A stretch of DNA of 64,000 bases from Octopus sinensis (GCF_006345805.1 NC_043001.1:14880001-14944000), one strand, 5' to 3'. Positions 37,840 to 49,535 are shown, numbered from the stretch's first letter. Made by a program: numbers and translations. Notes: generated from the letters alone by a model not told the origin.

Positions 37840-40048
37840 CTAGTCTTGCCGGGTCTTCTCACGCACAGCATACTTCCATAGGTCTCGGTCTCTAGACATT
37901 TCCTTAGTGACCTAAAGTTCGAAGGTCGTGCTTCACCACCTCGTCCCAGGTTTTCCTGGGTCTACCTCTTCCACAGGTTCCCTCAACTGCTAAGGTGTAG
38001 CACTTTTGCACACAACTATCTTCAGCCTTTCTCGTCACATGACCATACCAGCGCAGCCGTCTCTCTTGCTTGCACGCCACAACTGACGCTTCTTAGGTTC
38101 AACTTTTCTCTCAAGGAACTTACACTCTGACGATTATGAACACTGACATTACACATCCATCATAGCATACTGGCTTCATTTCTTGCGAGCTTACGCATAT
38201 CCTCAGCAGTCACGGCCCATGTTTCACTACCATGTAGCATGGCTGTACGTACACATGCATCATACAGTCTGCCTTTTACTCTGAGCGAGAGGCCTTTTGT
38301 CACCAGCGGGGTAAGAGCTCTCTAAACTTTGCCCAGGCTATTCTTACTCTAGCAGTTACACTTTCAGCACACCCACCCCTGCTACTGACTTGGTCTCCTA
38401 GGTAGCGGAAGCTATCAACTACTTCTAGTTTGTCTCCCTGGAACGTGGCAGAAGTTGGTCTCTGCACATTTCCAGTGTTTATTGCTCCTGAGCATTTGCC
38501 ACAGACAAAACTATTTTCCTAGTTAGCCTTCCTTTGACATTGCTGCACCTCTTATGTGTCCATAGCTTACACTGGTGCATCTTATAGAGTTTCTACCTAC
38601 ACCTTTTTTACAGATCGAGCAGGGCCATCTACCTGAAGGCGTTTGTGATTGATCTACCTTCCTACTTATTAGACTTTGGTTTTGGCTAGGTTGATTCTAA
38701 GGCCTTCGATTCTAATCCTTGTTTCCACACCTGAAACTTCTCCTCCAGTTCTGATAGTGACTCAGCAATTAGAGCAAGGTCATCAGCATAGAGGAGCTCC
38801 CAGGGGCAACCTGTCTTGAATTCCTCCGTTATTGCCTGGAGGACTATGATAAATAGGAGGGGACTGAGGACTGAACCTTGGTGGACCCCAACCTCTACCC
38901 GGAATTCTTCACTGTACTCGTTGCCAACCCTCACCTTACTAGCAGCGTCTCTGTACATGGCTTGCACAGCTCTCACCAACCATTCTTCTATCCCTAGTTT
39001 CCTCATTGACCACCAGATAAGGGATCGGGGGACCCTGTCAAAGGCTTTCTCCAAGTCAACAAAAGCCAGGTACAAGGGCTTATCTTTGGCTAGGTATTTC
39101 TCCTGCAGCTGTCTTACCAGGAATATAGCATCAGTAGTACTTTTCCCTGGCACGAACCCAAACTGCATATCATCTAAGCTAACTCTCTCTCTAATTAGTT
39201 GGGCTATAACCCTCTCCGTAACCTTCATTACCTGATCCAGCAGCTTGATGCCCCTGTAGTTATTTGTCTCTAGGGCGTCGCCTTTACCTTTGTAGCAGTT
39301 GACTATTATGCTGCTACACCAGTCATTGGGTATGACCCCCTCGTGTATCACCTGGTTAACTATACGGGTGACTAAGCTATAGCCGACACCACCAGATATT
39401 TTGAGCATCTCTGCAGTAATTCCTGATGGGCCTGGGGCTTTCCCTGTTTTCATGCTTCTAATTGCCTTATCTACTAAGGAACTGTTAACTCGGATTGCTG
39501 GTCCCTCTGTTGGGTCGACATTCGGCAGACTCTCTTTATCCCATTCATTTTCTTCATTCAGCAACCTATCATAGTGGCGTCTCCAAGCCTCTCTCTTTGC
39601 ATCCTCATTAAGCGCAAGTGAACCGTCATCCTTGCGAACACATTTCTCTCCTACCACGTCACGATTCTCTCTCACACACTGTCTTGCAACACGAAATACC
39701 TCAAGTCTTTCATCCTCACGACGCAGGACATTGGCAATTTTTTCCTTATCTGCCTCCCCTCTGGCTAGATAGACCGTCTCCTGGCTTCCCTTCTGGCAGA
39801 CTGATACACTTCCCTGCTACCACCCACGTTCTTCCAGGCCTTCCAAGCCTGTTCTTTTGTCTAATAGCCCTGTCAACAATATTGTTCCACCACCACGTTA
39901 TTTTGGGTCTTAAGGGGACTTTGCACCAGCCACAGATCTGGTCAGCGGCTTTTAGCAGGTTGTCCCTCAGAAGCGTCCAGTTGTCTTCTACCCCATGCGT
40001 AGCTATACTCCCTTCCATTTCGTCTAAGGCTTCAAATAACATATCTCT
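37840..40048 (-). pseudogene. RTE reverse transcriptase pseudogene (endonuclease missing)
   Basis: FVDLEKAFDRV, QGSVLSPLLF, LLYADDL, DSFRYLG, MLHGSETW; several -1 frameshifts and one in-frame TGA at about 38160 (probable CGA>TGA); ends EKTRQD*. Confidence 0.9.
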
Positions 40049-40255
40049 AAACATATACACACATATACACATATATATATACATATATACGACGGGCTTC
40101 TTTCAGTTTCCTTCTACCAAATCCACTCACAAGGCTTTGGTCGGTTCGAGGCTACACTAGAAGACACTTGCCCAAGGTGCCTCGCAGTGGAATTGAACTC
40201 ACAGCCATGTGGTCGGTAAGCAAGCTACTTACCACACAGCCACTCCTCCGCCTAT
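40049..40255 (-). mobile_element. SINE S1, 5' half (split by the RTE LINE)
   Basis: S1 head in reverse ending cagccactcctccgcc. Confidence 0.85.
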
Positions 40256-40555
40256 GTATGTATGTATCTATGTATGTATGTATGTGTGCATGTGTATGTG
40301 TTTGTGTGGGTGTGAGTCTACAATGTATAAATAAGCAACAATGGTTGCAAAATGCTTATTAGTTGTGGTACTACTATGGCAATCCCTCAAGGTCGAGGAT
40401 GATGGTCTTCACGCAAATTTATTGGTGAGTCTGCAGGTGACCGATAAGACCAGTTGTGGTAGAGAATAAGTAACAAATAGCAGGGAAACAGAAGGAAAAT
40501 AGTGGAGAAACAGGTTTTACTAAGAGTCAGTTATTAAAAGAAGAATTGGGCAGTT

Positions 40556-40625
40556 GTAAATTATGTAAATTTATGAAGATTATGTAAATTTATGTTAATT
40601 TATGTTAATTTATGTAAATTTATGG
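40556..40625. repeat. 10-bp tandem repeat (taaatttatg)-like, about 6-7 copies
   Basis: Directly visible. Confidence 0.75.
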
Positions 40626-40942
40626 GATGATCAGTTAAAATTTTTGAAATATTAGAAAATATTGAGAGGGTGGGATGCAAAAAAAAGTTTTATGTAGAAG
40701 AATCTTTAAACGGCTGTCATTAGCCCGAATTCATTACTGCAGAAGTCAATACCCATGTAATTAATAATGTTAATTGGAATATTCTGTTTCATCTTATTAT
40801 CACAGGGTAGACTTTGCTGTCCACTCCTTTCCATGCTGAATGCCAAAGTAACATCAGATGTTATATTTTGGACACTTCCACATCCTGATAGTAGAGGAAG
40901 ATCACCTAATTATTTTGATGTGATTGGTTGAGATTTGTAACG

Positions 40943-40972
<30 letters not shown>

Positions 40973-40979
<7 letters not shown>

Positions 40980-41151
40980 TAAGAGAGCGACCACTATGTG
41001 GTCTACTCTAGCACTAAAAATAAATCCATTGGGCTTCAGCCACATAAAAAATGTTTATATTCATCAGAAACATTTTTTATGTGGCTGAAGCCCAATGGAT
41101 CTATTTTTAGTGCTAGAGTAGACCACATAGTGGTCGCTCTCTTATATTTAT
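40973..41151. repeat. 84-bp-arm inverted repeat, 11-nt loop containing CTGATGA on the minus strand
   Basis: 40973-41056 vs 41068-41151, one mismatch seen. Confidence 0.9.
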
Positions 41152-41274
41152 GTATAAAATGTATGAAAATCCGGGTTTTATATGCACTAAGCCACTTGGT
41201 GTTAAATGGATGTACTATTAAATTAGTATACAAATTTCTCACGCTCATTAATTGATTATATATATATATATATA

Positions 41275-41640
41275 TATAATAATTATTTGAGGGAATATTA
41301 ATCCTAACTTACAAGGAAAAATTCAATTTAGAAATACTAAATCAAATTTCACACAATATAATATATATATATAAAAAAATTAGAAAAAAACTCACCTTTT
41401 ATCAATTCAAAATGAACAATTAAATTACACCATCTAGGAAATTACATATAATAGAAATATTAAAATTAAAATAACAATAATATACCGATGATTACGTAAA
41501 TTGCAAAAAATTAATAAAAACGTATATATACGGTACATTATTGTTATTTTAATTTTATTATTTCTATTATATGTAATTTTCTAGATGGTGTAATTTAATT
41601 GTTCATTTTGAATTGATAAAAGGTGGCTTTTTTTAATTTA
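41275..41640. mobile_element. Head-to-head palindromic Penelope-like element with a degenerate hammerhead spacer
   Basis: Arms about 41385-41488 and 41533-41635 inverted; (TA)n flanks. Confidence 0.65.
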
Positions 41641-41648
41641 TATATATA

Positions 41649-42040
41649 AGCGCAGGAGTGGCTGTGTGGTAAGTAGCTTGCTAACCAACCACATGGTTCC
41701 GGGTTCAGTCCCACTGCGTGGCATCTTGGGCAAGTGTCTTCTGCTATAGCCCCGGGCCGACCAATGCCTTGTGAGTGGATTTAGTAGACGGAAACTGAAA
41801 GAAGCCTGTCGTATATATGTATATATATATGTATATATGTATGTGTGTGTGTTTGTGTGTCTGTGTTTGTCCCCCTAGCATTGCTTGACAACCGATGGTG
41901 GTGTGTTTACGTCCCCGTAACCTAGCGGTTCGGCAAAAGAGACCGATAGAATAAGTACTGGGCTTACAAAGAATAAGTCCCGGGGTCGATTTGCTCGACT
42001 AAAAGGTGGTGCTCCAGCATGGCCGCAGTCAAATGACTGA

Positions 42041-42044
<4 letters not shown>
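41649..42044 (+). mobile_element. SINE family S1, full length and little diverged
   Basis: gcgcaggagtggctgtgtggtaag... to gactgaaacaa. Confidence 0.9.
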
Positions 42045-42102
<58 letters not shown>

Positions 42103-42740
42103 GTTATGAGATGTAATGGTGTCTGTAAGACCCAAAGGTGTCAGGTAATGCTGAGTAAGGGCTATGGACAGAGCATAGTTAAGCTCCAGGTTCGGTGATT
42201 ATGCGAATGAGGAGTCCAACGTAGGTCATATGTCAGCATGTGTATGTATAAAAAAATTTTCAGAATGAGATAAAAATCCAAGGCTGTGAAAGATTTCAGA
42301 ACATTTATAAATAGAAGGTCTTACAGTTGTTTCCGGGATATTTTATATATCCCTTCATCGGAAACGCAGAATTGTTTTCGCACAGGACAAATTGCTTGGC
42401 GGCGTTTTTTCTGGCTTTGCGTTCTCAGTTCAAATGCTGCCAGGGTCGACTTTGCCTTTCATTTTTTCAAAGTCAATAAAATAAGAACCAATTGAGGATT
42501 TGCACTGATGTAATTAATCAGCACATCCATCCAAAATTGCAGGGCCTGAGTCAAAACTTTAGACTTATCCATTTCGGTTTTTGAAATTAAAGGGTGGGTA
42601 TGACTTGAACTCAAAAACTTGTTATTCTTTGTTCAAAACAGCTGTCATCATTAACCCTTTCATTATTGTATTTATTTTGAGGTGCTATGTGTTTCTTTCA
42701 TTTAATTTTAAATATAACAAAGAATTTAGTAAAATAACTT

Positions 42741-43025
42741 CATCATCATCATCATCATCGTTTAACGTCCGTTTTCCATGCTAGCATGGGTTGGACGGTT
42801 CAACTGGGATCTGGGAAGCCAGTAGGCTGCACCAGACCCAGTCTGATCTGGCAGTGTTTCTACAGCTGGATGCTCTTCCTAACGCCAACCACTCTGTGAG
42901 TGTAGTGGGTGCCTTTTATGTGCCACCTGCACAGAGGCCAGACGAGGCTGGCAACAACTACAATCAGATGGTGCTTTTTACGTGCCACCGGCACGAAGGC
43001 CAGTTGGGGCGGCGCTGGCATAAGC
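42741..43025 (-). mobile_element. RTE LINE 3' end fragment
   Basis: (CAT)n plus the conserved terminus. Confidence 0.85.
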
Positions 43026-43999
43026 TAGTGTTAGGAACATATTTTGTGACTAAGGTTTGGAGGAAGATTCTAATTCAAACTTACGTAAACAAGACATTTG
43101 TACTACAGAGTCCGAGCCAGTTTCAGCCGGGTTGGTTTTGAAAGGGTTAATTGTATTTTCTAGAGATTTTTAGAATTTTTTTCATAGATTCTTAAAAGTC
43201 CTTAAAAGTTATTTAGCCTTGATATGGTTAGTACGAAAGGAAAATGGAAGAAAACGTGGATGGAACACGAAAGCTATTATTCTGGTTTGACATATTAAAA
43301 ATATTTTTCTGAGTAAATTAATGTTCTTTGTTGTTGCTATTGTTGTTTTTATATTTGTGATACAGACATTGTGAGAAAATAATGTTTGACATATTTTTGG
43401 CAAACACTTCTAGAAGGAGGGACAGATTGCTAATTACTAATGAAATTTCTTGATGTCTGAGATAAAAACTGTGGAAGGTAGTTTTGGAATATTCTTCCTA
43501 AATGACTTTTTATTTGGAAAAAAATTGCTAGTGAAAAAAGAAAAACAAAGAACCAACAGATATTAAAATTCTTTGTAGTTGAGTTATTTGATTATATTTT
43601 GTTTGGGAAAGACCACATTTGCCTGACGGATTAATGAAAATGTTTCGCGGTAGGTCAATGCTTTTCCAGTCTTCTCTTCTTCTTCCTAAGTAGACGTCTT
43701 ATACGATTTTTGGCAAACACTCCCAGAAGAGATATATTATTAATTGCATATGAAATTTCCTGACGTCTGTGTTTACAATTGTGCCTGGCAGTTTAAGAAT
43801 TCTTCTTTTATGACTAATTTAGGAAGACATTGTTTATAAAAGACTGGAATCAATAGGTATTAATTATGTAACTATTGACTGAGCAAGGCATTGAATTTAG
43901 GCTAACAGCAGCCACATTAAAGCGGTTCTTGTACAGCGCTTATTTATGCCCCAGTCCTTTGGTAGTTTTAGATTTTTCCAAAAATTTGGTATAGCTTCA

Positions 44000-44745
44000 G
44001 ACATGGCTGTGTGGCTAACAAGCTCGTTTTGCAATCATGAGGTTTTAGGTTCAATTCAACTGCGCTGTACCCTAGTGTCTTCTACTATAGCCCCAGGCTG
44101 ACCAATAGTGGAGGCACATGGCCTAGTGGTTAGAGCAGCGGTCGAGGGATTGTGGGTTCGAATCTCAGACTGGGCGATGTGTGTATTACTGAGCGAAACA
44201 CTTAAGCTCTACACAGCTCCGGCAGAAGGTAGTGGCTAACCTCTGCTGATTCTTTCGCCACAACTTTCTCTCACTCTTTCCTCCTGTATCTTGCAGCTCA
44301 CCTGCGATGGACTGGCGTCCCATCCAGGTGGGGAACCTATACACCAAGGAAACTGAGAAACTGGCCCTTATGAGCCAGGTGTGACTCAAGAAGGAACAAA
44401 ACAAGCTGACCCATGCCATCTGAACAAATTTGGTAGAGGGAAACTATATAGAAGCCCATCATATGTGGGTGTGTGTCTTTGTGTTTGCTACCCATTTCTA
44501 CTGCTTGATGACCGGTGTTGGTTTTGTTTACGTTCCTGTAATTTAGCAGTTCAGCAAAAGAGAACGAGATCATAAAAGCTAAACTTTAAAAAAATGAAAC
44601 ATGAATACTGGGGGTGATTTGTTCAACTAAAACCCTCACGGTTTTGCCCCAGCATGGCCACAGTTTCAAAGTGTCCAGTTTCAAACTTTTCAATGTGTCC
44701 TAACACGGATGCAGTTCTGAAACAAGTAAAAGATAAAGAAAAAAA
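44000..44745 (+). mobile_element. SINE S1 interrupted by an S3 SINE
   Basis: Head 44000-44105 resumes at about 44405. Confidence 0.7.
44108..44405 (+). mobile_element. SINE family S3 (nested)
   Basis: gtggaggcacatggcctagtggttagagcagcgg head; body matches 15130-15438. Confidence 0.8.
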
Positions 44746-45307
44746 ATGATAACAAGCCATCTTTTACATAACTGACAATTCTAAATGTCTTTCCCTCAAT
44801 TACTTTCTTACAAACTTACCTTTCATGTTTTCACTCTTCTATGATCTCACACCTTTTACTCTCTCTCTCTCTAATCTATCCTCAGTCAACAATCTAACAG
44901 CTCTCCTTTCATTCCATGCATTGTCAGCATCCGTTCTTCCTGCTCTCCCCTGACACACTATTAACTATACTATATTCTTCAGCTAGATTCAGAAATATGT
45001 ATCTATACCTGCTCGCAACTAATTAGTGGAAACATGATTATTACTAACAGGTCGTAATTGTTTGTGAGTGACAGCTATGGTTGGATGGTCTGGTGACTTT
45101 CGTGTTTCATACTGCATACATTATACCTGAAAAACAAGACGTTGTTGTTTAGCCACAGGTCATTTGAATAGCTCTATAAATAAAGGCTTCCCAGCAATGA
45201 CCATCCATTAAGAAATATACTGGTCAGTAGGGGCTCATGTATAGGCACTGTGGAACTGTAGCAACCCCTATTTCCACTTGATATTATTGATAACATTCAA
45301 TATAACA

Positions 45308-45640
45308 AGGCGCATGGCTCAGTGGTTAGAGTGTTGAGCTTACGATCGTGAGGTTGTGAGCTCGAATCTCAGACCGGGCTGCGTGTTGTGTTCTTGAGCA
45401 AAACACTTTATTTCATGTTGCTCCAGTTCACTCAGCTGTAGAAATGAGTTGCGACGTCACAGGTGCCAAGCTGTATCGGCCTTTGCCTTTCCCTTGGATA
45501 ACACTGATGGCGTGGAGAGGGGAGGCCGGTATGCATGGGCGACTGCTGGTCTTCCATAAACCACCTTGCCCAGACTTGTGACAAGGAGGGTAACTTTCTA
45601 GTTGCAATCCCATGGTCAGTGTCGTGACCGAAGGGGGTCC
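45308..45640 (+). mobile_element. SINE family S4 (tRNA head plus V-domain-like centre)
   Basis: A box tggctcagtgg, B box gagctcgaatc, gtgttcttgagcaaaacacttta. Confidence 0.75.
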
Positions 45641-46637
45641 CCCCCCCCATATAACAAGTCCTTTTCTCTTTAATTCTTTCTTTATACAATCCTTAAGCTT
45701 AATGTCAGTAGCCCTCCCCTAATTTATGAAAAAAATACAAAAATTCTTGATAGATCTGTGTGCTTCACAGTTTCAGTGATACAGTGTTTGGCTGTTGTGC
45801 ACATGCTCACTTGTCCGAGATAAGAAGCTTCACACTATGGAGAGAAAGCACTGTGGTTCACGCAGTGCCATCCCTGGTGTGCTGGTGAAAGGTAGTGTTT
45901 CTTTTTGACTCCGTGTGTTGTGCTTAAAAACATGTTTATATTGTTGAATGTGATAAAGTGCAGAATTAGATTATTATCCTGCTTTCAGGTACAGTGATGC
46001 TGCCAAGATTTGAAAAATTGGGCAGATTTCCCCACTTATTTTGTGATTTTGAGGGGATTTTTGAAAAACAAGGGGGTATTCACGGCAGTGTTCAGTGAAC
46101 AAATTAAATACACTTCCGGACATGAAATGATCAAGTCTATGTATAAATTTTCTTTTTATATGTTTGTTTCATTTTACATAATATTAAAACAACAGCTAAA
46201 AAATTTCCGAAGTAGCACCCCCATTCATTTTGTCTATGAGCCACCACTGATACTAGTGAATATTATCTTTTGTGACCTGTCCTTACATAAGACACTATAG
46301 AGTGACTTGTGGAGGGGAGAGAATTTAGTTGATATTTCTTGCTGGTCGAGCGACTACGTAGATGCTCCTTCGTTAGCCAAAAAATCATTAATTAATCAAT
46401 ATAAGGGTAGCAAAAAATTCAATAGAAATTCTTTCGCCACCAGTGAGAAAGAAAAAATAGTCAACAGACTATATAATGTACATTCAACAATAATATTAAG
46501 GAATGGCCTTAATAGGCCATTCAACTCACTAAAATGAGCAGCTAAACTCAAACCGCTAAATAGTAGTAATTCAGAAATCAAAGGAAAATTAAAAACATTT
46601 ACCCTAATCATCATATTATTATTATATATATATATAT

Positions 46638-47445
46638 CCGATCGTGGCCGTTCGCCAGCCTCATCTAGCACCTGTGTCGGTGGCACATAAAAACACCATC
46701 CGAAGACTAGTCAGGCCATAACCCATGGCCCCTACCTGGGACGTAGTCAGTCCACCTGTGCATACCTTCCTTCTTGTGACACTTGTGAAGACCTGTTGAG
46801 GCAAGTGAAAATCAAAACAAATCAAAATAGATGAACATCAATGGAATTTGTATCTTTGTGGTACCAGTGCCGGTGGCACGTGGCACATAAGAAAACCATC
46901 CGAACGTGGCCGTAGCCAGTACCGCATCGACTGGCCTCCGTGCTGTGGGCACGTAACAAGCACCATCCGATCGTGGCCGTTTGCCAGCCTCATCTGGCAC
47001 CTGTGTCGGTGGCACATAAAAACACCATCCGAGCGTGGCCGTTCGCCAGCCTCGTCTGGCACCTGTGTCGGTGGCACATAAAAACACCATCCGAGCGTGG
47101 CCGTCTGCCAGCCTCGTCTGGCACCTGTGTCGGTGGCACATAAAAACACCATCCGAGCGTGGCCGTCTGCCAGCCTCGTCTGGCACCTGTGTCGGTGGCA
47201 CATAAAAACACCATCCAGCGTGGCCGTTTGCCAGCCTCGTCTGGCCCTGTGTCGGTGGCACATAAAATCACCCTACACTCTCGGAGTGGTTGGCGTTAGG
47301 AAGGGCATCCAGCTGTAGAAACACTGCCAGATCTGACTGGACTGGTGCAGCTTTCGGGCTCCCCAGACCCCAGTTGAACCGTCCAACCCATGCTAGCATG
47401 GAAAGCGGATGTTAAATGATGATGATGATGATGATGATGATGATA
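46638..47445 (+). mobile_element. RTE LINE 3' UTR copy with four or five tandem 62-bp modules
   Basis: Reverse complement of the 35193-35800 blocks; (GAT)n tail. Confidence 0.88.
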
Positions 47446-47567
47446 TATATATAAAGTTAATCCAAACATGAAAACACAACGTGAGGACGTGGAACAAGTA
47501 TAGTGTTATTGGACGCTCAGGAAAGGAAAGAAAGGAGGAGGGTTTAACATATATATTATATATATAT

Positions 47568-48632
47568 ACTAAGCAATAAAGGGTTTAGCAACGAATTGCC
47601 TTACCACATACCGAATTTAGAAATAGCAGTCAAAGAGTTATAGCTATTTCTTCTACTAAAAAGGGAGATCTCAGTAAAAACAGCAATTGGAAGGCAGACA
47701 CAAACAGGTAAGAGAGAATGAATTGACGGCAATCTATCATACAATTTTAAGTTATCTACGGACGTACGTTTCGAAATCAAGTTTTTAGGAAAGCATAAGA
47801 ATTAAATATTAAATAATTCTATCTCACCAAAACTCCTTTTTAGTAGAAGAAATAGCTATAACTCTTTGACTGCTATTTCTAAATTCGGTATGTGGTAAGG
47901 CAATTCGTTGCTAAACCCTTTATTGCTTAGTATTACTTAAATTTTCCTCGAATGAGGCTTTTACATGCCGAAGACTACTTGGTGTAATTGATAATTATTC
48001 CAAATTAATTAATTTCACCCTTCATTATTACGGATAACCATATTTTATCTCAGTAGATGACCACAGCATCTTGTTTTGGCTACACGCGGGTGGGAAGGGG
48101 CTGGTGACACAATCTTTTCATTCACACATTGAATTTGGTGATACTAGTTGCGGATTCTAGCTCGCTCTGATACTGAGTTGAGTTGGTGCCTTCTAGTATC
48201 TCAAAATTCAATATATAATCATTTATGATTATAGTATTCTACGCTGAAGAGAAAAGAAGTTTTGGTGAGATAGAATTATTTAATATTTAATAATTAAGCT
48301 TTCCTAAAAACTTGATTTCGAAACGTACGTCCGTAGATAACTTAAAATTGTATGATAGATTGCCGTCAATTCATTCTCTCTTACCTGTTTGTGTCTGCCT
48401 TCCAATTGCTGTTTTTACTGAGATCTCCCTTTTTAGTAGAAGAAATAGCTATAACTCTTTGACTGCTATTTCTAAATTCGGTATGTGGTAAGGCAATTCG
48501 TTGCTAAACCCTTTATTGCTTAGTATTACTTAAATTTTCCTCGAATGAGGCTTTTACATGCCGAAGACTACTTGGTGTAATTGATAATTATTCCAAATTA
48601 ATTAATTTCACCCTTCATTATTACGGATAACC
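47568..48632. mobile_element. Composite Penelope-like element with inverted and direct terminal duplications
   Basis: 47568-47843 is the inverse of about 48259-48520; 47845-48040 repeats 48428-48632; (TA)n flanks. Confidence 0.8.
48238..48337 (+). ncRNA. Type I hammerhead ribozyme motif with an extended stem II
   Basis: ucuacg-CUGAAGA-[69-nt stem II, gaaa/uuuc and aaguuuu/aaaacuu]-GAAA-cguac-GUC-cguaga; 6-bp stem I, palindromic stem III. Confidence 0.75.
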
Positions 48633-48759
48633 ATATATATATATATATATATAATATTAATTAGAGACAAAACCACTATGTTGCAAATCAAACAAGGAAA
48701 GACTTAATCAATACATAAAAAAATTTTTAATATAATATTAATATAAAGTAAATAAATCG

Positions 48760-48803
48760 CCACTACAATTGTTTCATGTCTTCAAATGACATTCATCAGG
48801 TGG
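48760..48803 (-). ncRNA. Minimal type I hammerhead ribozyme motif (canonical core)
   Basis: Exact reverse complement of 48962-49005. Confidence 0.8.
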
Positions 48804-48961
48804 ATTTCATATCTTCTATTCAATTTTAAGTATATACTACTATTTAGCGGTTTGAGTTTAGCTGCTCATTTTAGTGAGTTGAACGGCCTATTAAGGCCAT
48901 TCCTTAATATTATTGTTGAATGTACATTATATAACTTAAAATTGAATAGAAGATATGAAAT

Positions 48962-49005
48962 CCACCTGATGAATGTCATTTGAAGACATGAAACAATTGT
49001 AGTGG
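48962..49005 (+). ncRNA. Minimal type I hammerhead ribozyme motif (canonical core)
   Basis: ccac-CUGAUGA-auguc(auuugaa)gacau-GAAA-caauu-GUA-gugg; all stems pair, stem III palindrome ACAAUUGU. Confidence 0.8.
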
Positions 49006-49426
49006 CGATTTATTTACTTTATATTAATATTATATTAAAAATTTTTTTATGTATTGATTAAGTCTTTCCTTGTTTGATTTGCAAAATAGTGGTTTTGTCT
49101 CGAATTAATATTATATAATATTTTACTATAAAATTGGATTCAATCCTAAATCTGATTTTTCCCTGTAAATTTGGATTTATTCCCTAATATTTATTATTAT
49201 ATATATATATATATATATATGCTCACATATATATATGTAGATATGTATGTATATATACTATGTACATGCATACATACAGGCATACATACATACATACACT
49301 GCATGACATGGCAAGCAAAAAGATCAAGAAAGTTTAGTTCAAATGTATAATTTAATGTTATTTCACTGACAAACTTTTTCTCTTAATTCTCGCAAAATGT
49401 CAGGCCAAACAATTACTTAAAATATC

Positions 49427-49465
<39 letters not shown>

Positions 49466-49503
49466 GCATGCGTGTGTGTGTGTGTATGTGTGTGTGCGCG
49501 CGC

Positions 49504-49535
<32 letters not shown>

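Larger units (their letters stand above)
35193..40048 (-). mobile_element. 5'-truncated RTE LINE with a reiterated 2.65-kb 3' UTR
   Basis: RT ORF, (ATG)n tail, AAACAT at both junctions (35187-35192 and 40049-40054), inserted in a SINE. Confidence 0.92.
48652..49197. mobile_element. Head-to-head palindromic Penelope-like element with two hammerheads
   Basis: Arms about 48654-48830 and 48931-49110 inverted; same family as 18612-18990. Confidence 0.8.

Noticed and set aside
35214-37871. Many 60-250 aa Cys/His-rich ORFs on both strands
   Set aside because: Translations of the reiterated LINE 3' UTR, also seen at 46812-47318
44814-45128. Strong minus-strand splice signals (cttgtttttcag| at 45127, CAG|gtatag at 45008, AAG|gtaagt at 44819)
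   Set aside because: The 118-bp exon has stops in all three frames; it could be non-coding but cannot be supported without transcripts
46307-46570. ORF ending ...ILRNGLN as a possible Penelope GIY-YIG C-terminus, homologous to the region upstream of the 48760 hammerhead
   Set aside because: DNA homology is real, but no GIY/YIG or CCHH motif is visible, so no coding call
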